From positions 1 through 29,941 of the forward strand of contig JAFPYK010000211.1 in the NCBI GenBank assembly GCA_017412265.1: a DNA stretch of 29,941 bases, read 5' to 3'. Below the pieces are notes generated by a model. The model was not told where the DNA came from, did no database searches, and saw nothing but the letters and a program-made list of their open reading frames with translations. Source of the DNA: Lachnospiraceae bacterium (GTDB lineage Bacteria > Bacillota > Clostridia > Lachnospirales > Lachnospiraceae). Of the stretch, positions 23,507-29,941 are shown one piece after another (positions within the stretch are counted from its first letter, which is position 1; the number at the start of each line of letters is the position of its first letter). Made by a program: the position numbers and the translations under genes.

Positions 23507-25627
23507 TCATTGATCTTCTTCCGACTCGTCCGGCTTCTCTCCGGCTGCCTCGGCTTCGTGATTCTGCTCCTCAGCCAGAAGCGTCTCGTAGGTGGCATCC
23601 TTCTCCGGCTCCTGGTTCTCCTGCGCCGGATGATAGGTGGACACCATGTTCGCCACCAGTGTCCGGATCTCCTTCTTGTTGGCATAGGCCGCGCGCATCA
23701 GCGCCTCCAACTGCCCCAGGAATTCATCTACGTCAAACGGGATCGGGCACCCGATATGAATCAGGTCGTTCTCCGTCTTGCGCAGGCCCTCCTCCGCCAT
23801 CAGCTTCTCTTCATACAGCTTCTCGCCGGGCCGGAGGCCGGTATATTCAATCTTGATATCGACGTCCGGCTTAAACCCGGACAGGCGAATCAGGTTTCTC
23901 GCAAGTGTATCGATCTTGACCGGGCTTCCCATATCCAGGACGAAGATCTCTCCGCCTCTGGCATAAGTGCCCGCCAGCATCACCAGTCGCACCGCCTCGG
24001 GGATGGTCATGAAATACCGGATGATATCCGGATGCGTGACCGTCACCGGACCGCCCTTCTCGATCTGCTTCTTGAAGATCGGGATCACGGAACCGTTGCT
24101 CCCCAGCACGTTGCCGAAGCGCACGGCCACAAACTCCGTCTTCACATCCTTGAAGACCCTGCCCGTGCCGTCCTTGTCCGCATTCTCAAATCCCACATGG
24201 GTAAAGAGCTGCGGGATCTCATCCGCCTTGCCGGCCTTGATCTTCTCGTCGAAGCTCTGGATGAACATCTCGCACAGACGCTTGGAAGCGCCCAAGATAT
24301 TGGTCGGGTTCACCGCCTTGTCGGTGGAAATGAGCACGAACCGCTCACAGCCGTGGACCATCGCCGCGTAAGCTGTCTTGTAGGTTCCGATCGCGTTGTT
24401 CTTGATCGCCTCGTTCGGGCTGTCCTCCATCAGCGGCACATGCTTGTGGGCCGCCGCGTGATAGACGATCTGCGGACGGTAGTCCTCAAAGACCTCGAAC
24501 ATCTTCCGGCTGTCACGCACGGATCCGATCAGGGTCACCAGATCGAGCGCCGGGTACTTCTCCCTCAGCTCCAGCTGGATCGCGTACGCGTTGTTCTCAT
24601 AGACGTCAAATATAATCAGCTGCTTCGGATCGTGTGCCGCAATCTGCCGGCACAGCTCGCTTCCGATCGATCCGCCGCCGCCCGTTACCAGGACGACCTT
24701 GCCGCTCACGAACTGGTACACACCGCTCATGTCCGCCTTGATGGGATCTCTCCCCAGGAGGTCTTCCACAGAGACCTTCTTCATGGCGCTGACCGAGACC
24801 TCACCGTTCACCAGCTGGTACATGCCTGGCAGATTCTTCAGTTCACAGTCCGTCTCCTGGCAGATATTCAGGATATCCCTTCTCTCCATGGCAGAGGCAG
24901 ACGGAATGGCCAGAAAGATCTTATCGATCTTGTATTTATCCACCGCTGCCAGGATCTCGTCCCGGCCGCCGACGATCGGTACACCGTCCACGTAGCGGTT
25001 CCATTTGTTCGGGTTGTCATCGATGATGCAGACCACACGGTCCTGAAGTTCCTTCGCTCTCTGGATCTCCCTCAGGATGTTCTGCCCGGCGATGCCCGCG
25101 CCGATCAGCATGACCCGCTTGATATCATGATCGTCGGCCCGGTGCTCCCGCAGAAGCAGGACGAACCGGTAGGCGAACCGGACACCCAGGATGAAGACAA
25201 ACTGGATCAGTGCTCCGATGCAGTAATAAGAGATGGGCATCCGCTGATACAGAGCCGTAATCGCCACGATATGGAACACTGCCGTGATCGCGGAGGAAAA
25301 ACCGACACGCATCAGTTCGGAATAGCTGGCGAATCTCCACAGGCTCCTGTAGAGATGCAGGAACCAGAAGACCACAAGGCAGAACACGGTATAGATCGGG
25401 ATAAACTTCTCCCAGGCAACGATATACTGCGGCTCGATCTTGGAGAACGTGCAGTCGAAGCGAAGCCAAAGTGCCATAAAATATGCCATATTGACCACGA
25501 TGATGTCGTACACTCCGAGAACCAGGGCAATCATCTGCCAATGTTCCAGGCCGAACGGTCTTTTCTTTTTTCCTTTTTTCAGGCTCGAACTCGATACCTT
25601 TTCATCCTTTCGATGTTCAGTGCCCAT
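23507..25627 (-). CDS. Membrane-bound UDP-GlcNAc 4,6-dehydratase (CapD/PglF/AatA family, 706 aa)
   Basis: Four N-terminal TM segments; IGAGIAG; TGGGGSIGSELCRQ; HAAAHKHVP; STDKAVNP; RFGNVLGSNGSV; RYFMTIPEA; GLRPGEKL. Confidence 0.93.
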   Translation of the reverse strand: MGTEHRKDEKVSSSSLKKGKKKRPFGLEHWQMIALVLGVYDIIVVNMAYFMALWLRFDCTFSKIEPQYIVAWEKFIPIYTVFCLVVFWFLHLYRSLWRFASYSELMRVGFSSAITAVFHIVAITALYQRMPISYYCIGALIQFVFILGVRFAYRFVLLLREHRADDHDIKRVMLIGAGIAGQNILREIQRAKELQDRVVCIIDDNPNKWNRYVDGVPIVGGRDEILAAVDKYKIDKIFLAIPSASAMERRDILNICQETDCELKNLPGMYQLVNGEVSVSAMKKVSVEDLLGRDPIKADMSGVYQFVSGKVVLVTGGGGSIGSELCRQIAAHDPKQLIIFDVYENNAYAIQLELREKYPALDLVTLIGSVRDSRKMFEVFEDYRPQIVYHAAAHKHVPLMEDSPNEAIKNNAIGTYKTAYAAMVHGCERFVLISTDKAVNPTNILGASKRLCEMFIQSFDEKIKAGKADEIPQLFTHVGFENADKDGTGRVFKDVKTEFVAVRFGNVLGSNGSVIPIFKKQIEKGGPVTVTHPDIIRYFMTIPEAVRLVMLAGTYARGGEIFVLDMGSPVKIDTLARNLIRLSGFKPDVDIKIEYTGLRPGEKLYEEKLMAEEGLRKTENDLIHIGCPIPFDVDEFLGQLEALMRAAYANKKEIRTLVANMVSTYHPAQENQEPEKDATYETLLAEEQNHEAEAAGEKPDESEEDQ

Positions 25628-25649
25628 CCTGATAAACCTCTTTCTTCAA

Positions 25650-27062
25650 TCATCTGGTTAAGATAAATCCGATCAGGGGATTGCCGGACGCCTTAACCGC
25701 TCCCAGCTCATCTGCAATCTCTGCATTGGCGGAAGTCTGCCATCCTTCGACGCAGACTACAGAGCACTCTTCTCCGAGCGCCTCCACTGCGGCAGCATCC
25801 TTGTTCGGGTTCCCCCCGAGTTTACATTCGATTCCCGACAGCTTCCGGGCCAACAGCTCGCAGATCGCGGCCATCTTCTGGCCGTCGGCCGTGCCCAGGA
25901 GCAGCACCTTCTTCGCGTCATGCAGACGCAGGCGAAGCGCCGCGGCGATGTATGCCGCTTCCTCTTCTTCGCTCGCCTTGTCGATCATTCCGAGATGAGC
26001 GGCGCAGGCGCGGTCCATGCCTTTCACATGTCTCTTCTTCCCCGACGTGAAGACGCCGAGCACCGGAACACCGTAACGCTCCTGCAGGACCTTGGGGCTG
26101 CACACCCGGTCTCTCAGATAGAAATCCACGAAGAAATAACCCGCGGCGAGAATCAGGCCGCCGATGAGTCCGATGATCCCCAGCTTAATGCCCTGCTTGA
26201 TGATCGTGGTCTTGCTGGGAACCGTCTTCTCCGGCTCCACCAGCTTCTTTAACTGCGCCTCTGCGTCGTCAATCTCTGTCGAGTTGCTCTCATAATCGCT
26301 GCTGAAGGCAATCTGGAGATTGGCCAGATCCAGGTCGAGTGTCCGGGAAGATCCCTCGCTGACCACAGACAGTGTATGTTCACCGATCACCGTGTTCAGC
26401 AGCTGCTCGTTCTCCTCCATCACGCGCCGGACCTCAGCCAGCACCTTGTCGCCCCGCTCTTCCGTATCCGCGATCACGGTAATCGTCATCAGCCCGTTTG
26501 CGAGATCCGCATCGATCGAATAGATGTTTTTCTTCGCATACTTCGTGACCGTGTGAGCCGTCGTCAGATCCGCCCCGCCGGGCATGTCGATCAGGTCATC
26601 GAACGGAATCCGGTTCACCGCCGCCGAGTAGCTGTTCACCAGCGCCTCGGTATAGTTGGGATTCTGGTACATGACCCCCGGTATGATCTCGTAGTTCGTA
26701 TCAATAAAATACGTCACCGAAGTCTGGTAAATATTGTACGGATCCATGAGAAGGAGGAGCGAATTCTGCTTATAGTAATCCAGCTTGGCCACCCACTCCC
26801 GGAGGTTCGCGGCCTTCGTCTCGTAGGTCTCCTTGCTGCGCTCATACTTCTCCAGCTTCGTGAGGTAGGCCTCTTCTGCCTTCGCTCTTGCTTCCGGATC
26901 CGTATAATCGCGGTACTCTTTTACAACGCCGTATACTCCCAGAAGAAGCCCGAACAGAAGCATGGTAACGATTATGGCACGCCAGTGGCGCATGATCGAC
27001 CAGAACAAATCACAAATACGTACTTCGATTTCATCATTTCTGCTATAAGTGTTCTCTTTCAT
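25650..27062 (-). CDS. Wzz/Wzc-like polysaccharide co-polymerase with a degenerate C-terminal domain (about 470 aa)
   Basis: EIEVRICDLF, TM1, coiled-coil loop, TM2 (GIIGLIGGLILAAG), RYGVPVLGVF. Start at the ATG at 27062 with an upstream GGAGG (long spacing). Confidence 0.8.
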   Translation of the reverse strand: MKENTYSRNDEIEVRICDLFWSIMRHWRAIIVTMLLFGLLLGVYGVVKEYRDYTDPEARAKAEEAYLTKLEKYERSKETYETKAANLREWVAKLDYYKQNSLLLLMDPYNIYQTSVTYFIDTNYEIIPGVMYQNPNYTEALVNSYSAAVNRIPFDDLIDMPGGADLTTAHTVTKYAKKNIYSIDADLANGLMTITVIADTEERGDKVLAEVRRVMEENEQLLNTVIGEHTLSVVSEGSSRTLDLDLANLQIAFSSDYESNSTEIDDAEAQLKKLVEPEKTVPSKTTIIKQGIKLGIIGLIGGLILAAGYFFVDFYLRDRVCSPKVLQERYGVPVLGVFTSGKKRHVKGMDRACAAHLGMIDKASEEEEAAYIAAALRLRLHDAKKVLLLGTADGQKMAAICELLARKLSGIECKLGGNPNKDAAAVEALGEECSVVCVEGWQTSANAEIADELGAVKASGNPLIGFILTR

Positions 27063-27105
27063 TTTGTCAGAAACTTCCTCCAAGTATAGGTTTATAATCC
27101 ATTAT

Positions 27106-27134
27106 AGTATAGCATAAACAGTGCCCTGAATCAA
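27106..27134 (-). promoter_or_regulatory. Sigma70/SigA promoter with extended -10 at the head of the polysaccharide operon
   Basis: Minus strand TTGATT (27134-27129), 17 nt, TG-c-TATACT (27111-27106); an overlapping TATAAT lies at 27106-27101. Confidence 0.75.
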
Positions 27135-27200
27135 CCATTAGCGGTATAAGCCCGTTTCCCGGATTTCCTTTATTTTCCGAGCCCCGGCAGGAGACGCAGG

Positions 27201-27243
27201 AAGGAGCGTCCCGGACCTGCAATAGCGCAGGCGGGCGCTCCTT
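27201..27243. other. GC-rich imperfect stem-loop just downstream of the SGNH-like gene
   Basis: AAGGAGCG-t-CCCG-ga-CCTGC-aatagc-GCAGG-CGGG-CGCTCCTT; no U-tract on either strand. Confidence 0.5.
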
Positions 27244-27248
27244 GGTAC

Positions 27249-28943
27249 TTACTCTTCAACGATGATATCATATCTTGGGAATCCGAAGATCAGGCTGTTC
27301 TCGTAGGCTCTCAGGAACCGGTTCGTCCAGGCCGCCGTTCTCTTCCCCGGGTGTGCGGAAGAATAAGTGTTAAATACGACGCTGTCCAGGACCAGGCCGG
27401 TTCCGGGGTCGATTACAACCACGTTCATGCCGATGGTATTCTGCGCATATTCATTGCCCTCCAGGATGACCGAGCACCGGGAATACGCCAGATATCCGCC
27501 GCTGACAAGCTGAAGCCTCGCACCTCCGTCCAGCGTCAGCTCCTTGCTGAGCGTATCGACAGACTCTGCCTCATACCGCACGTTTCCCTTCTCGATAACC
27601 GCCAGATATGAATGCATATACATCTTCTCATCGAAGGCCGTCTTCAGTCCCAGGCCGCTCAGCTTCTCTTTCTCTTCTTCGCTGAGCCCCGCCTGCATGT
27701 CATTCTGCCCGGCGATCACGATGACATATCTGTCCCGGTTCTGAATCAGCTTGTCCAGATAAGCGGTAAGACTGCCCTCAGCCTCCAGCTCCACGACGTC
27801 AAAGACCTGGCGGTAGGCCGGCAGATTCTCCTCGTACCGCTCATTGCGCACGGAACCCACTCCGCAGTTCTCCTGCAGGTATTGTCCGAAGTAATCCGAC
27901 GTCTTCAGGCTGCCCTTCGCATTCAGGTGCTTGCCGCCGTCCACGCTGTCCGTCCCGAGGTCAAGAGGCACATCCGCCTCATACATCAGGTCGATATACT
28001 CGATGCCCAGATCCTCCGCTGTTTTCGCGGTCGTCTCAAACCGGTCCTCCGTCCACGCGGAGAAATAACTGCCCGGCTTCGCGTAGCAAGGCACCTTCGT
28101 GAGGACCAGCTGACACCGGTTCTCATCGCAGAGCTCCTTCATCTTCCGCAGGAACACCAGATTCTGCTCTGGGATCTCCGTGCGGTACAGACCCCGCTCC
28201 TTCAGTTCGTCCGCCTGCTCCTTCATGCTCTCCTTGGTCAGAGTCACTTCCTGAACCACGGAGGAGAGGAACTGGCCGGCTGTGTAGTAGTTATCCAGCG
28301 TCTGGTAACCCGTGAAATCCGTCTCGTTCATCTCCTGCCAGCGGTCATGATACTTGATGACCGGCAGCAGACAGCTCCAGAAGACATTTTCCGCATAGGC
28401 CCCCGCTGCCTCCCGGACCTGGGGATTGTCCTTCGCCCGGTCGTACAGCTGCTGATAGTTCCACGCGAATTCCACCTTCTCCGGCGAGAGCGGGAACGCG
28501 TCCATGATATAATGCACGCCCGCGTCCAGGTTGCGCCCGGTATCGTCACTGAAGAAGAGCTCGCTGGCGTCCAGGATGATCACCTTCGGGCTCTGGGTCC
28601 GGAAGATCTGCTGCATGAGGAAATAGCTTCCCTCCACCGTCTGGACACTGGTCGCCAGATTATAAGCAGAGATCCCGTACTGCTCGTACAGCCTCATAGG
28701 CGAGACACCGAAGAGCATATGGCTTGTCCCCAGGAAGAACACGTCCTCGGTATTCTTCTCCAGCGACCGGAAACCATCCACCGTATATTTCTGATTTTCA
28801 TCAAATTTCGGCCAGGAGTATTTCGGTGTCAATAACTTCTGGACACAGAAGAACAACACCAGCCCCAGGCCCCAGAAGAGAACCGTCCGGCACAGCCGCG
28901 TCCACGGCCTCTTCTCTCTTGTGTCTGTTTTTTCCACTGCCAT
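27249..28943 (-). CDS. Membrane-anchored SGNH-fold protein with a C-terminal ILEI/PANDER-like domain, copy 1 (about 564 aa)
   Basis: N-terminal TM; FLGTSH (block I Ser); DGGKHLN (DxxH); C-terminal GMNVVVIDPGTGLVLDSVVFNTY. Start at 28943 (better RBS) or 28964. Confidence 0.65.
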   Translation of the reverse strand: MAVEKTDTREKRPWTRLCRTVLFWGLGLVLFFCVQKLLTPKYSWPKFDENQKYTVDGFRSLEKNTEDVFFLGTSHMLFGVSPMRLYEQYGISAYNLATSVQTVEGSYFLMQQIFRTQSPKVIILDASELFFSDDTGRNLDAGVHYIMDAFPLSPEKVEFAWNYQQLYDRAKDNPQVREAAGAYAENVFWSCLLPVIKYHDRWQEMNETDFTGYQTLDNYYTAGQFLSSVVQEVTLTKESMKEQADELKERGLYRTEIPEQNLVFLRKMKELCDENRCQLVLTKVPCYAKPGSYFSAWTEDRFETTAKTAEDLGIEYIDLMYEADVPLDLGTDSVDGGKHLNAKGSLKTSDYFGQYLQENCGVGSVRNERYEENLPAYRQVFDVVELEAEGSLTAYLDKLIQNRDRYVIVIAGQNDMQAGLSEEEKEKLSGLGLKTAFDEKMYMHSYLAVIEKGNVRYEAESVDTLSKELTLDGGARLQLVSGGYLAYSRCSVILEGNEYAQNTIGMNVVVIDPGTGLVLDSVVFNTYSSAHPGKRTAAWTNRFLRAYENSLIFGFPRYDIIVEE

Positions 28944-28994
28944 TTTCCCATCAAGCTTTCTCATGCGGTGTGCGCATGTGATCTATATCAGGCA

Positions 28995-29941
28995 TCAGAA
29001 GTCATCTCCCGCATCCGGGAACATCCGTGCCCTCTCATATCCCGCGATCAGCGTCTTAATCATCTCCGGGTCTCTGAATCCTGCCGGATCGGCACCGGCG
29101 GGGTCGAACACAACACTGTCCACGGCCAGGCCGCTGTCTGCGTCAAGCACGATCACGTTGAGCCCCTTGAAGTTCAGAGCATAGTCTTCTCCGTCGACCT
29201 CGACATGGCAGGAAGAAACGCTGAGATAGCCCTTGCTGAGCACCGAGAGCGTCTTCCCGCAGTCAAGTTCGGCCACGTAGGTCACCGGGTCTACGGAACT
29301 CTTCTCGAAGATCACCTTCCCGCGGTGAATCACTGCTCCGTAGGAGAGCTTCTGCATGCTCTCATCCCAGACCGTCTTCAGCTTCAGGGCCGCCAGGGCC
29401 GCCTTCTGCTCCTCTGTGATTGCCTCCTGCAGGTCATTCTGCACGGCAAGCACGATCGTATACTGATCCGCGTTTTCCCGCAGCAGCTTCATATATGCGC
29501 AGAAATCCTGCTCGTTCTCCAGGTCTGCGGTCTTCCGGATCTCCCGGTAGACAGGCATATTCTCCTCGTATCTTTCGTCAATCTTTCCGGCAAGCCCATA
29601 CCGCTCCGCGAGAATCTGACCGTAATAATCCGCCGTTTTCTCCGCCCCGCGGTAGTTCAGATGTCTTCCGCCGTCCATCGTATCCCGGGCGAGATCCAGC
29701 CCGAGATCCGCCTGATAGACCAGGTCCAGGAACATCAGATTCTCTTCCCCGGCAGCTTCCTCCACCGCCTTGCTGCGCACCTCCGGCCACGCAGAGCTGT
29801 AGGTGTTCGGCATCGCATACACCGGCACCTTGGTCAGGATCAGCTCGCAGGAGTGCTTCTCGCACAGCTCCTTCATCTGCCGCAGAATGGCCAGGTTCTC
29901 CTTCGGGATCTGCGAATCATACAGACCCTCGTCTGCCATCA
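28995..29941 (-). CDS. Paralog of the adjacent SGNH/ILEI-like protein; 5' end beyond the window
   Basis: Collinear with the C-terminal half of 27249..28943 (MKELC, LTKVP, DGGRHLN, GLNVIVLDADSGLAVDSVVFD). The ATG at 29939 aligns with the middle of the paralog, so it is probably internal. Confidence 0.7.
   Translation of the reverse strand, partial: MADEGLYDSQIPKENLAILRQMKELCEKHSCELILTKVPVYAMPNTYSSAWPEVRSKAVEEAAGEENLMFLDLVYQADLGLDLARDTMDGGRHLNYRGAEKTADYYGQILAERYGLAGKIDERYEENMPVYREIRKTADLENEQDFCAYMKLLRENADQYTIVLAVQNDLQEAITEEQKAALAALKLKTVWDESMQKLSYGAVIHRGKVIFEKSSVDPVTYVAELDCGKTLSVLSKGYLSVSSCHVEVDGEDYALNFKGLNVIVLDADSGLAVDSVVFDPAGADPAGFRDPEMIKTLIAGYERARMFPDAGDDF

Noticed and set aside
8633-29184. 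Many long opposite-strand or alternative-frame ORFs (e.g. 23510..25666, 16949..18199, 27612..28835, 19611..20651)
   Set aside because: They shadow well-supported genes, lack RBSs and family motifs, and are expected from high GC at third codon positions.
1-29941. CRISPR arrays, tRNA/rRNA, IS elements, integrases, riboswitches
   Set aside because: No spaced direct repeats, RNA gene signatures or transposase/integrase motifs were seen by eye; a covariance-model search was not possible.

Overview
GC-rich Bacillota-type (probably Clostridia) surface-glycan region with four blocks. (1) 1-3551, minus strand: a choline uptake/activation operon (wHTH-LicC-LicA fusion, stand-alone LicC, BCCT transporter truncated at the window edge). 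(2) 3886-8432, plus strand: a cassette with its own promoter and terminator encoding an XRE-HTH/UDP-glucose dehydrogenase fusion, a GHMP kinase resembling plant galacturonokinase, a nucleotidyltransferase and a UDP-glucuronate 4-epimerase. This is the best candidate for an undescribed system: a possibly self-regulated bacterial uronic-acid salvage route to UDP-GalA/UDP-GlcA. (3) 8500-27062, minus strand: a Wzx/Wzy polysaccharide operon with an AATGal-type initiation trio, one GT2, three kinds of phosphotransferase (TagF-like, Stealth, LicD), a CDP-alditol synthesis pair, two TupA-like ATP-grasp proteins, a CapA-family protein, a beta-propeller and a Wzz-like protein. It suggests a phosphate-rich, possibly zwitterionic, teichoic-acid-like polymer. 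(4) 27249-29941, minus strand: two tandem SGNH + ILEI-like paralogs. No rRNA, tRNA, CRISPR or mobile element was recognised. All family calls come from motif recognition by eye and remembered reference sequences, not database searches.
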